63,207 nt of DNA from a virus (taxonomy: Duplodnaviria > Caudoviricetes). Positions 1-8,423 of this stretch are shown here, piece by piece. The notes under the pieces were generated by a model. The model did not search any database, was not told the DNA's origin, and saw nothing but the letters and a program-made list of their open reading frames with translations. Each line of letters begins with the position of its first letter. The stretch's first letter is position 1. The stretch is taken from IMG/VR virus record IMGVR_UViG_3300035670_000203, positions 1 to 63,207 of that record; one strand, 5' to 3'. Both the position numbers and the translations under genes were made by a program.

Positions 1-99
1 AGTCGCATAAAAAGTATTTTTATGGTTATACCAATACTGATAGACATACCATGCCCAGTTGCGATATTCGGTCAAGTTTCGGAGCAGTTGGTGCTTCAT
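1..99 (-). CDS. hypothetical protein, runs off left window edge
   Basis: Manual translation MKHQLLRNLTEYRNWAWYVYQYWYNHK...; directly downstream of promoter element 122-179. Confidence 0.6.
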   Translation of the reverse strand, partial: MKHQLLRNLTEYRNWAWYVYQYWYNHKNTFYAT

Positions 100-121
100 T
101 GGTGTCTGTGTGTATGAGAGT

Positions 122-179
122 ATTATAAGGCATCTGATGCCCCTGTGGAAGGGTCAGGGGTCAGTTTGGGAAGTGTCCT
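122..179 (-). promoter_or_regulatory. early composite promoter element copy 1
   Basis: Minus strand: AGGACACTT-N4-AACTGACCC, 30 nt, TATAAT (122-127); TTCCAC 17 nt upstream of -10. Confidence 0.8.
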
Positions 180-318
180 CCAATTCATCAAGTAAAGCAT
201 CCCAATCAGGATGAGGCATACCCGCAACTACCATTTCACCACATTCAGGGCAGTGGAACATACCGATGGGAGCATCCTTATAAATGTCTGCTGTTGGGTC
301 AAAAGAACATTTAGTCAT
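154..318 (-). CDS. small hypothetical protein with CPECG motif (54 aa)
   Basis: Manual translation MTKCSFDPTADIYKDAPIGMFHCPECGEMVVAGMPHPDW...; ATGA overlap with upstream ORF. Confidence 0.6.
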   Translation of the reverse strand: MTKCSFDPTADIYKDAPIGMFHCPECGEMVVAGMPHPDWDALLDELEDTSQTDP

Positions 319-554
319 TTGTAATCTTCTATGTAAGTTTGATAATCAAAATCTTCCTTATCAAATTGTTTAATCTCCTCATCCAAACAAGCAATAAGTT
401 TTACAATATGGTAGTATTGTTTGTAGTGCTCGTTGTTATACCATTCTTCGTAAGCATCTTCTATTGTAAGGTAAATGTTCTGATTGGTCTTATGTAAATC
501 AGCATAGACCTTACCATCCTGTCTTTTGAGCATTATGGTATAAAATTCAGTCAT
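315..554 (-). CDS. hypothetical protein
   Basis: ORF track, 79 aa, ATGA overlaps with both neighbours. Confidence 0.7.
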   Translation of the reverse strand: MTEFYTIMLKRQDGKVYADLHKTNQNIYLTIEDAYEEWYNNEHYKQYYHIVKLIACLDEEIKQFDKEDFDYQTYIEDYK

Positions 555-811
555 TCACTCCACCCCTCAAAGTATTCTGTGAAAAAACAAAAAGCAAGAG
601 ATTGTTTGTCGTTGTTCAGTTCTACACCAAAAAGAGAACTGGAAAGAAAAGAAAAAACGATATGGAACCCACCAGAAGACCAATGTTGGGAGGTTGGGTT
701 CTCATAATTCACCCACAAGAATGAACGATTTTTGAAGATACCGAACTGCCAAGTATAGGAAGTTTCAGCATTCTCCCATACCTTTTTATCGTATTGAAAG
801 AGTTTAGTCAT
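551..811 (-). CDS. hypothetical aromatic/beta-rich protein (probable paralogue of 3289-3552)
   Basis: ORF track; ATGA-coupled; similar pattern KLF..W..Y..G.F..W..S..F..SL. Confidence 0.7.
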   Translation of the reverse strand: MTKLFQYDKKVWENAETSYTWQFGIFKNRSFLWVNYENPTSQHWSSGGFHIVFSFLSSSLFGVELNNDKQSLAFCFFTEYFEGWSE

Positions 812-1020
812 TTAAGGTTCTCCAATTCATCAGCAAGTTCATAAAGCAACCGAGCATCAACTACCATATCTTCTACTCCTGCTTCTTCACAACACTGATA
901 GTATTGATGTTCATTCACAATCTCACGAATAGCAGTTGAAAGTGCTTCTCTCATATCATCGGTGGGTTCTACAATCAATTCACCTTTGAATGCTTCCCAG
1001 ATTTGTTGTGCTTTACTCAC
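808..1020 (-). CDS. hypothetical protein (probable paralogue of 1017-1202)
   Basis: ORF track; ATGA-coupled. Confidence 0.7.
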   Translation of the reverse strand: MSKAQQIWEAFKGELIVEPTDDMREALSTAIREIVNEHQYYQCCEEAGVEDMVVDARLLYELADELENLK

Positions 1021-1202
1021 GACTCAAGTTCCTCAATTACTTTCATAAGGTCTTTTACATTTATCACATCAATTCCGTGGTCTCCATCAATATGAAAGTT
1101 ATTGTAGGCATACTGTTTTACCAACTCACGAAGAGTAGCAGCAAGGACAACCTTATACTCTGCGGAGAGACCACTACAGATTTTTTGTGATTTTTCAGTC
1201 AT
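1017..1202 (-). CDS. hypothetical protein
   Basis: ORF track; ATGA-coupled. Confidence 0.7.
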   Translation of the reverse strand: MTEKSQKICSGLSAEYKVVLAATLRELVKQYAYNNFHIDGDHGIDVINVKDLMKVIEELES

Positions 1203-1357
1203 TTCTCCACCTTCTTTTCACACAAGGGAGTATCAGGAAGAACACCAAAGATATGTGAGGCAATAGTAATACCACCAAGCATCACGGTTGGAGCAAGAAA
1301 TAGCATTAGCATAATCGCAAAAGGAATAGCAAGGTATTCTTGGAAAAAATCTTTCAT
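1199..1357 (-). CDS. small membrane protein (52 aa)
   Basis: Manual translation MKDFFQEYLAIPFAIMLMLFLAPTVMLGGITIASHIFG...; fills the gap with ATGA overlaps on both sides. Confidence 0.6.
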   Translation of the reverse strand: MKDFFQEYLAIPFAIMLMLFLAPTVMLGGITIASHIFGVLPDTPLCEKKVEK

Positions 1358-1530
1358 CGGTCAAAGTATCCAGAAGGTTTGTAATCACTAATGTATTGAG
1401 TTTTTAGTTGAACTTCAAAGGGGTCAACATCAGGAAAATTTTTCCTGATGTATTCTTTACACTCTTCACGGGTAAAGAAGGCACAAAGAAGTTCTCCTTC
1501 GTAAAATGCTGCTTCAATTGCTTCAATCAT
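1354..1530 (-). CDS. hypothetical protein
   Basis: ORF track 1354-1584; start moved to MIEAIEAA to avoid overlap with 1532-1705. Confidence 0.6.
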   Translation of the reverse strand: MIEAIEAAFYEGELLCAFFTREECKEYIRKNFPDVDPFEVQLKTQYISDYKPSGYFDR

Positions 1531-1531
1531 T

Positions 1532-1705
1532 TCAGTTCTGGTGTTGTTTGAGGTGAAGTTTGATACATTCCATAGCATAGTCAAGAGTTAGAGCACTACC
1601 CTCATAGTAGTAATCCATATTCATTACATCTGTGACTTTGAGTTTGTAATAAAATCTATCATCAGAGGAATACTGGTGAATGTCGATGTAGGTTTCGTAG
1701 TCCAT
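1532..1705 (-). CDS. hypothetical protein (57 aa)
   Basis: Manual translation MDYETYIDIHQYSSDDRFYYKLKVTD...; first gene after promoter element copy 2. Confidence 0.6.
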   Translation of the reverse strand: MDYETYIDIHQYSSDDRFYYKLKVTDVMNMDYYYEGSALTLDYAMECIKLHLKQHQN

Positions 1706-1725
1706 CGGTTGTTGTGTATGAGAGT

Positions 1726-1783
1726 ATTATAGGGCATCTACAGGGTCTGTGGAGTGCCCCTGTGACGGTTTCTCAAGTGTCCT
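1726..1783 (-). promoter_or_regulatory. early composite promoter element copy 2
   Basis: AGGACACTT-N4-AACCGTCAC, 30 nt containing GGGCA..TGCCC stem, TATAAT; shares TATAATACTCTCATACAC with copy 1. Confidence 0.8.
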
Positions 1784-2133
1784 CAAATCCAAGTTCTTAC
1801 ACTTGCCTTTGGATGTTCTTTACAAGCACTCAAAACCTCCTCTACAAAGGGAACAAAGTGCTTGTACATACCCCAACCATTAGGTGAGTTGAACTTTTCA
1901 TAATGCTCTGGATTTTCTTTAAGTTTTTTCAATCCTTCTTCCAGAGGAGCAATCAGTTTATCCGCAGTTGGATTTTCCCAAAGTTCGTTGGGTCTCCACA
2001 GGAACATATAAATTCCTGCTTCTTCAGCCATCTTATTCAGGTTGTGAGTGATATTAGCAGAAAACAACTCAACTTTATGAAGTTCTTTTCCTCCAGTATC
2101 AACTTCAACTTCTAGATAAAAATCAAGAGACAT
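1783..2133 (-). CDS. conserved phage hypothetical protein
   Basis: ORF 116 aa with NITHNL..MA..AG and NGWG.Y motifs, recognised from memory as a phage hypothetical family. Confidence 0.75.
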   Translation of the reverse strand: MSLDFYLEVEVDTGGKELHKVELFSANITHNLNKMAEEAGIYMFLWRPNELWENPTADKLIAPLEEGLKKLKENPEHYEKFNSPNGWGMYKHFVPFVEEVLSACKEHPKASVRTWI

Positions 2134-2175
2134 AATGTTTTTCTGTGAGTATGAGTGTATTATTAAGTATAAATT

Positions 2176-2358
2176 TTAGAAGTCATTTTCATTATCAAAG
2201 GTGAAGTATTCGTAGATGGAAGACATTACTGCTTCCTCAATATGTTCGATAATAGCACCCTCACTTGGGTTCTCAATATGCTTATGTGCCCGTGAATATC
2301 CACGACGGACACCTTCTTCAATTGCCTGTTCTAGGATTACACGAACTTTGGGTCTCAT
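2176..2358 (-). CDS. hypothetical protein
   Basis: ORF track; first gene after promoter element copy 3. Confidence 0.7.
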   Translation of the reverse strand: MRPKVRVILEQAIEEGVRRGYSRAHKHIENPSEGAIIEHIEEAVMSSIYEYFTFDNENDF

Positions 2359-2380
2359 AGTTCTTTAAATTCATAAGGTC

Positions 2381-2439
2381 ATTATAAAGCAAAAACTCCC
2401 CCTTGTGAAGGGAGAGTGTGCCGGTTCTTCAGGTGTCCT
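2381..2439 (-). promoter_or_regulatory. early composite promoter/terminator element copy 3
   Basis: AGGACACCT-N4-AACCGGCAC, 31 nt; stem CTCTCCCTT..AAGGGGGAG + T-run; TTCACA-N17-TATAAT. Confidence 0.8.
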
Positions 2440-2800
2440 ATGGATTTCTAACTAAAACTCTATAATTTATGTTTTGAAAATAAGATATTTCTGAATTTTC
2501 AATTGGACAAAACAATGATGCCACTTCAGTCCAATTATAATTTCTATGCATATTCAAGTGAAAGTTAAATCCTTTAAATCCCCAATCTTGTAGTTCTAAA
2601 ACTGCAATCAAAGGATGTCTATCATAAAGCAATTTTGGAGTCTTTGCATAGTAAACATAAGTGCAATAAGAACCCGGTCTTGGAATATATTTTGCTTCTC
2701 CAAAAACATCAATAATGTTTTCCATTATTTTAGCAGGTCTACTTATTTTTTTAATTCTTTGTTTTAAAATATTAACTTTACTTGGTTTTACTGGTGGCAT
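2438..2800 (-). CDS. gp2-like DNA end-protector family protein (short)
   Basis: YYAKT...YDRHPLI...GFKGFNFH resembles T4 gp2-family motifs; late promoter upstream. Confidence 0.5.
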   Translation of the reverse strand: MPPVKPSKVNILKQRIKKISRPAKIMENIIDVFGEAKYIPRPGSYCTYVYYAKTPKLLYDRHPLIAVLELQDWGFKGFNFHLNMHRNYNWTEVASLFCPIENSEISYFQNINYRVLVRNP

Positions 2801-2823
2801 TAAATGAATAAAATTAAGTAAAT

Positions 2824-3036
2824 TTATTTATCCCAAGGAGCCTTGCGGGATAAAATTCTCCTTAAACTTTCTATTTGTTCTGGGTCTGGTGGTTCATTGA
2901 TTCGTCGCACAAGTTCATCATATGCCTCTTTGGAAACATACATCTTTTGCGGTTTCATTCCAAGATGTTTGATACACTTGCGTTCGTATTGATATTCTTT
3001 CCATCTATACCAGATGGACAATAGAAAGTTTTTCAT
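2824..3036 (-). CDS. hypothetical protein
   Basis: ORF track 2824-3183; start at MKNFLLS preferred because of ORF 3119-3289. Confidence 0.55.
   Translation of the reverse strand: MKNFLLSIWYRWKEYQYERKCIKHLGMKPQKMYVSKEAYDELVRRINEPPDPEQIESLRRILSRKAPWDK
2825..2832 (-). promoter_or_regulatory. T4-type late promoter (GATAAATA)
   Basis: NATAAATA box about 25 nt upstream of ATG at 2800. Confidence 0.55.
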
Positions 3037-3118
3037 TCTTTTGGTGGGGTAAGTAAAATCCATAACCATACAAACATCGTTATGAGAACAATAAGTTCTA
3101 CAATCACTGGAGGTATAT

Positions 3119-3289
3119 TCATTCGTCAAATCCTTCAAGATACATCTTTCTCCAACCGTAGCACATTTCTTCATAGAAAGCAAGTCGGTCTATTTCAAGG
3201 AAATATTCATCAGTACTGAAATCCAGACGAAACATAATCGCAAAGTAGATGCTATAAAATCCGTATATAAAATCCTTGAGTTTTTCCAT
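3119..3289 (-). CDS. hypothetical protein (56 aa)
   Basis: Manual translation MEKLKDFIYGFYSIYFAIMFRLDFS...; TAATG coupling to upstream gene. Confidence 0.5.
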   Translation of the reverse strand: MEKLKDFIYGFYSIYFAIMFRLDFSTDEYFLEIDRLAFYEEMCYGWRKMYLEGFDE

Positions 3290-3552
3290 TATCTCTCTCT
3301 ATAGTATGATAAGTTCATAGGGCACCGATAGTTTAGAAAATCTATATCCAAACTAATTGAAGAAATGTGAAAATTAAGTGAGAAAACACTACCATTAAAG
3401 ATACTAATACCAAATCTAATGTTCGGTTCCCAATCCCAGTATGAACTTGAATAAAATGTAGCTTCAAATAGGTTGAGTTTCCTGAATTGACCTATGGTAA
3501 GGTATGCGTCTCTTCCATAGTCCCATTCTGTATAAAAATCAAAGAGTTTCAT
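3289..3552 (-). CDS. hypothetical aromatic/beta-rich protein (probable paralogue of 551-811)
   Basis: ORF track; start MKLFDF gives ATGA coupling. Confidence 0.65.
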   Translation of the reverse strand: MKLFDFYTEWDYGRDAYLTIGQFRKLNLFEATFYSSSYWDWEPNIRFGISIFNGSVFSLNFHISSISLDIDFLNYRCPMNLSYYRER

Positions 3553-3794
3553 TTTTGAATTACCGAATGACGTTGTGAAGGACAATCAAGGAAGAACTTA
3601 TATTCCGCATAACTCCCACCATTCCACTTTACAACATTACAATTTCCATATTTATCCACAACTTCAAACCTGTTCTCAAGTTCCTCTGGTTCAACAGTAA
3701 TCGCAGTATTGATGAGAGTTAATACTGTCGCACTTGTAAAACCAAGAACAAACCCAAGTAGAATAAACCGATAATAAGTGAGTTTCTGGTCCAT
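3549..3794 (-). CDS. small membrane-anchored protein with Cys pair
   Basis: N-terminal hydrophobic helix, then FEVVDKYGNCNVV...FLDC. Confidence 0.7.
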   Translation of the reverse strand: MDQKLTYYRFILLGFVLGFTSATVLTLINTAITVEPEELENRFEVVDKYGNCNVVKWNGGSYAEYKFFLDCPSQRHSVIQK

Positions 3795-3952
3795 TAGGTT
3801 GTTTTCTCCTTTCTTTGAGTGTTAATGTATTCCCCAAGTTTAGTCAAAATCTCCCTACAATTCGTTTGAATGTATTGGTCTTGGAGTTGGCTTTCCTTAT
3901 ATCTTAGCACAGATTGAAAGACAATCTCTGCTTCTTGTTTAGTGAAGTTCAT
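3794..3952 (-). CDS. hypothetical protein (52 aa)
   Basis: Manual translation MNFTKQEAEIVFQSVLRYKE...; TAATG coupling on both sides. Confidence 0.55.
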   Translation of the reverse strand: MNFTKQEAEIVFQSVLRYKESQLQDQYIQTNCREILTKLGEYINTQRKEKTT

Positions 3953-4740
3953 TAGATTTCAATTTCAAAGTTTGGGTCAAAGTTAGGGTTAATTTCAGTC
4001 GGATAATACCCTCTGGGATTACAAATCACTCGACACTCTCCTATCATATAATCAAAACTTTCGTGTGTATGACCGTGATGCCAGTATTTGATTTGAGGAT
4101 GATTGAGGATAAAGTCATCAAGGTCACTTACATAAGCACCATTCGCAATACCACTTGTGCGATACTTTGGATGGACTGATTGATACGATGGTGCGTGATG
4201 TGTAAGAACCCAAACCTTATCGTTCTGGAATAACTCAAGGTTCTCTTGTAGATACTTCTTGGTATTCTGGTGAAAGGCATAAGTATCATCAGGGTTCATC
4301 TTGCGATACCTTGGAGTGATACGAATGGTCTTGTAATCATTCATACACTGTGCTGCCTCCATCATTTCCAGAGCATTTCCATTACGAAAGTCAGTCCAGA
4401 GTGTTCCCCCTATGAAAATCCAATCGTCAATTCTAACGAAATCGTTTTCAAATAGGTGAATACCTTTAGGCAGGTTCTCTTTAAGAACATCCCAAGTTCC
4501 TTCGTAATTATATCCGTATGCTTCGTGATTTCCCGTAACATACAATACTCGGTCGAAGTTGTCGGCACACTTCCTTAGAAAGTCCTGATAAACCTTGTTG
4601 AGAGGTCCGTTTTTCTTGAAGTGACGAGCACAGAGAATGTCTCCACCCAGAATGAGAACATCACCTTCTCCCAAGTCAGGAACTCCGTGCCCCTGTTCGC
4701 AACATTCAAGGTGTAGGTCTGATACTACTTTGACTTTCAT
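3952..4740 (-). CDS. calcineurin-like metallophosphoesterase
   Basis: Motifs SDLH, GD, GNHE, THH, HGHTH. Confidence 0.9.
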   Translation of the reverse strand: MKVKVVSDLHLECCEQGHGVPDLGEGDVLILGGDILCARHFKKNGPLNKVYQDFLRKCADNFDRVLYVTGNHEAYGYNYEGTWDVLKENLPKGIHLFENDFVRIDDWIFIGGTLWTDFRNGNALEMMEAAQCMNDYKTIRITPRYRKMNPDDTYAFHQNTKKYLQENLELFQNDKVWVLTHHAPSYQSVHPKYRTSGIANGAYVSDLDDFILNHPQIKYWHHGHTHESFDYMIGECRVICNPRGYYPTEINPNFDPNFEIEI

Positions 4741-4777
4741 TATAAAATCCCATAGAGGGTTTGATATTCATAAGGTC

Positions 4778-4836
4778 ATTATACATCAAAAAAGGGCATC
4801 TGTGAAGTGCCCTTGTGACAGTTTAGAAATTGCCCT
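4778..4836 (-). promoter_or_regulatory. early composite promoter/terminator element copy 4
   Basis: AGGGCAATT-N4-AACTGTCAC (overlaps stop of upstream gene), 31 nt; stem AAGGGCA..TGCCCTT + T-run; TTCACA-N17-TATAAT. Confidence 0.8.
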
Positions 4837-5275
4837 TTCCTTGACCCACATCAAACACAAATATACCACGATTTACCCACATATCAACCACCCTCTTGCG
4901 GTCATCAAATACCGCAAAGATCTTGTAGTCATTCTCAATCTCATCGGCAAGTTCCCCTTTTACAATGGCATCATCACGATGATCTTTATACTTTCGCATT
5001 AGAAGACCATTATAATCGTGCTCATAAATTCCGTGATTTTCAAACCACTGGATTGTCACATCACGATAATCATCAGAACGACCACTGACAAAGAAAATAG
5101 GAAACCGATCTTTAAGAGCATTGAATACTTCAAGAACAGGTTGATTAGGTGTATCGTTGATAATACCTGCGTTCCAAGCATCCCAGTTGCGGGGTTTGGT
5201 TGCTACATACTGCCGACGATGATAAACATTACATAAAGTTCCATCCAAATCAAAAACAACACAATTGGGTTTCAT
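4823..5275 (-). CDS. HAD-family 3'-phosphatase (PseT/Pnkp C-terminal domain-like)
   Basis: FDLDGTL, VSGR, LLMR..D.R.D...K, FDDR..VVDMW motifs. Confidence 0.85.
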   Translation of the reverse strand: MKPNCVVFDLDGTLCNVYHRRQYVATKPRNWDAWNAGIINDTPNQPVLEVFNALKDRFPIFFVSGRSDDYRDVTIQWFENHGIYEHDYNGLLMRKYKDHRDDAIVKGELADEIENDYKIFAVFDDRKRVVDMWVNRGIFVFDVGQGKGNF

Positions 5276-5499
5276 ACTTCCTCAAAATAATAAAAGGCAT
5301 CATTAAAAACTTCTTCATCATCACCCAAACTCATCCAACCTGCTGCCATACTATCAGAGAATTGTTCCCAAGCATAAACAGCATCAGTGTGGGAAATTTC
5401 ATAACCACGATCCGCAAAGATTTTTACAATGCGTTCAATGTCATTTTGATATTCAAAGTGATGATTGTAAGGTTGCTTGACTTTCAACTTTTTCAACAT
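5272..5499 (-). CDS. hypothetical protein
   Basis: ORF track 5272-5532; start at MLKKLK preferred; AW..FSDSMAAGW motif. Confidence 0.6.
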   Translation of the reverse strand: MLKKLKVKQPYNHHFEYQNDIERIVKIFADRGYEISHTDAVYAWEQFSDSMAAGWMSLGDDEEVFNDAFYYFEEV

Positions 5500-5950
5500 A
5501 ATCAAAACCCTCATTAATAGTAGGAACTTCAAACTGATGCCACATTCTTTTTAGAACACTTTCGGGAATGAACTTACCTTCACGATGTTTGTTTCGTTCC
5601 AGTGCCTCTTCCAGTGATATCTCAAAGTATACAGCACCTCTGGCATAAAAGGAAGGGACTTTAGAAAGTTTTTTCTTTCGTGCCTTGACTGATAAGTTTG
5701 TCTGATCCCAGATGATGTTCTTACCTTTATCTTTTGCCATAATCAACTCAAGTTCAAGTTCCCGAGTAGCATCATCAATCACATCATCAAAGATCTGATT
5801 ATAAGTCACTCCCATCCTTTGTGCAATTTTTTCAATGTAATTGTCTGTAGAAAGGACTACTGCATCACTCCAATAGTCCAGTTTCTTAAGTTTTTCAATA
5901 TAAGTGGTCTTTCCGGAAGTAGGAATACCACAGAGCATCAAAAGTTCCAT
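5453..5950 (-). CDS. P-loop polynucleotide kinase-like protein (AAA_33-type)
   Basis: GIPTSGKTT Walker A, STD, WDQTNL...R, RN..R lid motif. Confidence 0.85.
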   Translation of the reverse strand: MELLMLCGIPTSGKTTYIEKLKKLDYWSDAVVLSTDNYIEKIAQRMGVTYNQIFDDVIDDATRELELELIMAKDKGKNIIWDQTNLSVKARKKKLSKVPSFYARGAVYFEISLEEALERNKHREGKFIPESVLKRMWHQFEVPTINEGFDYVEKVESQATLQSSL

Positions 5951-7104
5951 TTTAGATTACCAAACAACCAACGATTTTGATCGATTTTAGTTTGAGAAGA
6001 TAATGATTTACCAATCATATCAGTAATTACTTCATAAGCATTTTTGCCTGATCGCATACTATACATAATTGGCATTAGACGTGAATCTTCTAGTTTTTGG
6101 ACAAACTCCACAGCAAAATCTTTTTTGTCTGGATATTTTTCATTTGCTGGGACAAACTGTATTGCTAGAGAAATAGCAACAGAATCAACATTACTCCGGA
6201 AAGAATGCTGAAATTCTTTTAATCGTTCAGCATCTTGTGGAGTAAGTAGTGGAACTAAATCATCTACAGCATCATCAAGAATAACCTGAATGACATTCTT
6301 TTCCTGACTGATACTGTCTTTGGTCTTATGACGGAGAACATAATCATCTGCCTTGACCTTGACCATATGACCCGTATCAAAACGGAGAACTACACCTTCC
6401 CCATCGTCCCATTCACGAACCTGTTTTACAAACAAGTTTATGTCTTGAACGGCAAGACCATCGACTGCTTTAACTACAGGAATGTTCCAAGTTTTGGCAT
6501 AAATTGTCATAGTCTTATAATCAATATAATGACCTGTATCATTATACCGAATACCAGTTAAGATAAGATTATCTTCAGGATAATCAACTACAATTCGATT
6601 TTTGCGAGAAACCCATTCAAAAATTGGAGTCATATTCATAAGAATACACTTACCAATAAGACGGGCATAATTTGGGTTATCAGCAATAAACACTTCTGCG
6701 TTCATTGCAACATCCGTAATACCTGCCTTTGTAGCAAGACGGAAACCTTCTTTGGTAGGAATCGGACGGATCATAGAACCATCCAGTTTCTCTAGAACTA
6801 CGTGAGGTTCATAAAGATTGATCTTGTTCAGTTGAGTTTCTTCTTTTTCTCCAATATTGAAGAATTTTTGATAAGGACGGGAAATAAGTTTTCCTTGATT
6901 ATCAAAGATCAATCCACGACATTCCCGACGAATCGAAGATGAATAAGGGTCTTCACAGTCCCATTCAAATGTGTCCTCAAGTGCTACAGCATAATTAATA
7001 ACTGTATACCACTCTTTTTCGATTACACGGATCTCATCATATCCATTGATAACATAAAGGACATCTTCAATGGTTTCAATTTTTGGAAACTGGTAGGTAT
7101 TCAT
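5938..7104 (-). CDS. rnlA: RNA ligase 1 (T4 RnlA-like)
   Basis: RECRGLIF, RPYQKFFN, EKLDGS adenylation motif, FEW, EGVV, KVK. Confidence 0.9.
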   Translation of the reverse strand: MNTYQFPKIETIEDVLYVINGYDEIRVIEKEWYTVINYAVALEDTFEWDCEDPYSSSIRRECRGLIFDNQGKLISRPYQKFFNIGEKEETQLNKINLYEPHVVLEKLDGSMIRPIPTKEGFRLATKAGITDVAMNAEVFIADNPNYARLIGKCILMNMTPIFEWVSRKNRIVVDYPEDNLILTGIRYNDTGHYIDYKTMTIYAKTWNIPVVKAVDGLAVQDINLFVKQVREWDDGEGVVLRFDTGHMVKVKADDYVLRHKTKDSISQEKNVIQVILDDAVDDLVPLLTPQDAERLKEFQHSFRSNVDSVAISLAIQFVPANEKYPDKKDFAVEFVQKLEDSRLMPIMYSMRSGKNAYEVITDMIGKSLSSQTKIDQNRWLFGNLKWNF

Positions 7105-7125
7105 CGGTCTTTGACTTATACTGTA

Positions 7126-7183
7126 ATTATAGCATAAAAAAGAGGGTAGTAAACCCTCCGTGTGTCAGTTTAAAAACTGGATT
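7126..7183 (-). promoter_or_regulatory. early composite promoter/terminator element copy 5
   Basis: AATCCAGTT-N4-AACTGACAC, 30 nt; stem GAGGGT..ACCCTC + T-run; TATAAT. Confidence 0.8.
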
Positions 7184-7381
7184 TTATTTGGAACTTACAA
7201 AATTATTAATTTTTTCGGCAAACTGTTCTACATCCTCATAAGAAGGAAATGGGGGCAAGTCCCACTTTTTTTCAGAAATTTCATTATGTGTTTCAACTAA
7301 TTCACGGGAAGCAGCATACTTATCGACAGCAAAATTGTATGCTTGCTTAAAAATTTCAAACCGTAATTCGTAGGGTGTCAT
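7184..7381 (-). CDS. conserved T4-like phage hypothetical protein
   Basis: MTPYELRFEIFKQA...FPS..DV...AEKINNFVS; AGGAG Shine-Dalgarno. Confidence 0.75.
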   Translation of the reverse strand: MTPYELRFEIFKQAYNFAVDKYAASRELVETHNEISEKKWDLPPFPSYEDVEQFAEKINNFVSSK

Positions 7382-7437
7382 AGTTTTCTCCTTGTGTGTT
7401 GTGTGTGAGTGTTAAACTCGTTATTATGTATAATATT

Positions 7438-7638
7438 TTATTCAATCTCTTTATGATAAGTCATAAACAAATATTCTTCTGGTTCTTCACCGTCCACAAC
7501 AAATTCTTCAAAAATTGAGTGAGCATCATTAAATTGTTCAAGTTCAACAAGATATTCCATTCGATTGCAATAGAACTCTTCAATCTGATAGATGCTCCAC
7601 TTTCGGTCAGTATCATTCATAAATTCAATCCCAATCAA
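7438..7638 (-). CDS. hypothetical protein
   Basis: ORF track. Confidence 0.6.
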   Translation of the reverse strand: MIGIEFMNDTDRKWSIYQIEEFYCNRMEYLVELEQFNDAHSIFEEFVVDGEEPEEYLFMTYHKEIE

Positions 7639-7877
7639 GTGGTAAAAGATTCGACTACAGAAGACTCGTAGTCATTATAACTCTCATCAAGTTTAAACCT
7701 TTGAGATTTTGTTACATATTCCATAATCCGATGATCGTGAGAATTTTCATATTCATCTCTCCAATCCATAAGAACTGAATGACAATCTTCATTGGATTCG
7801 GCAATGACATTTAGAATTCCACCATATTCAGATGAAGGAAATGGAACCCAATAATCAACGATGTAGAGATATTTCAT
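7635..7877 (-). CDS. conserved cyanophage hypothetical protein
   Basis: YLYIVDYWVPFPSSEYGG...VVESFTT; AGGAG upstream. Confidence 0.7.
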   Translation of the reverse strand: MKYLYIVDYWVPFPSSEYGGILNVIAESNEDCHSVLMDWRDEYENSHDHRIMEYVTKSQRFKLDESYNDYESSVVESFTT

Positions 7878-7900
7878 CTTTTGTTTTAAACTTCTCCTTA

Positions 7901-7929
7901 ATTTTAGAATGAAACTGAAAGATTGTCAA
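7901..7929 (-). promoter_or_regulatory. sigma70-type promoter
   Basis: TTGACA-N17-TAAAAT on minus strand. Confidence 0.7.
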
Positions 7930-7935
7930 CCGAAA

Positions 7936-8094
7936 TTAACGGTTGCAATCAGGGTGAAATGTGTATTCGGAACAAACGGGATGAGAAGCAGAATATGCTT
8001 TGAAAAGTCTATCATCACGTTGAGTTAACCAAATATTATAACCAATAATAAACCCCAAACCAATAGCACCAAAAAGAAAATAACGTTTAGACAT
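7936..8094 (-). CDS. small membrane protein (52 aa)
   Basis: Manual translation MSKRYFLFGAIGLGFIIGYNIWLTQRD...C...HPDC. Confidence 0.55.
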   Translation of the reverse strand: MSKRYFLFGAIGLGFIIGYNIWLTQRDDRLFKAYSASHPVCSEYTFHPDCNR

Positions 8095-8248
8095 TATGTT
8101 CAATTAGAAAATACTCAATGCGTTTTTGAATGTCAACAAGTTCATCCCAGTAGGGATGCTTGTTTTCATACTTTTCTTTATCTTGTGTGATGTTGGACAC
8201 TGCAGTAAGCAGTGCGATGTAATCGTGAGAATTGAATTGTAGGTTCAT
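8087..8248 (-). CDS. hypothetical protein (53 aa)
   Basis: Manual translation MNLQFNSHDYIALLTAVSNI... Confidence 0.5.
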   Translation of the reverse strand: MNLQFNSHDYIALLTAVSNITQDKEKYENKHPYWDELVDIQKRIEYFLIEHNV

Positions 8249-8249
8249 T

Positions 8250-8423
8250 TTAATTCACTTGAATACTTTCACGACAATAGACAAATCGATTCCATTCTTC
8301 ATCAGTAAAATTATCTGATGCGTATGGAATACCGACAACATAAGCACAGAAACGATTAACAGTTTCTGAATATTCTGCTGGTTGACTTTGTGAAATCAAA
8401 GCAGAAGCAATAAGTTCAATCAT
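8250..8423 (-). CDS. hypothetical protein with signal-like N-terminus and Cys pair
   Basis: ORF track; start moved to MIELIASAL because the first ATG abuts the -10 box. Confidence 0.65.
   Translation of the reverse strand: MIELIASALISQSQPAEYSETVNRFCAYVVGIPYASDNFTDEEWNRFVYCRESIQVN

Noticed and set aside
7392-7413. TG-rich microsatellite-like stretch
   Set aside because: Short; reads as a CA-rich unstructured 5' leader before an AGGAG RBS, similar to leaders at 100-120 and 1706-1723.
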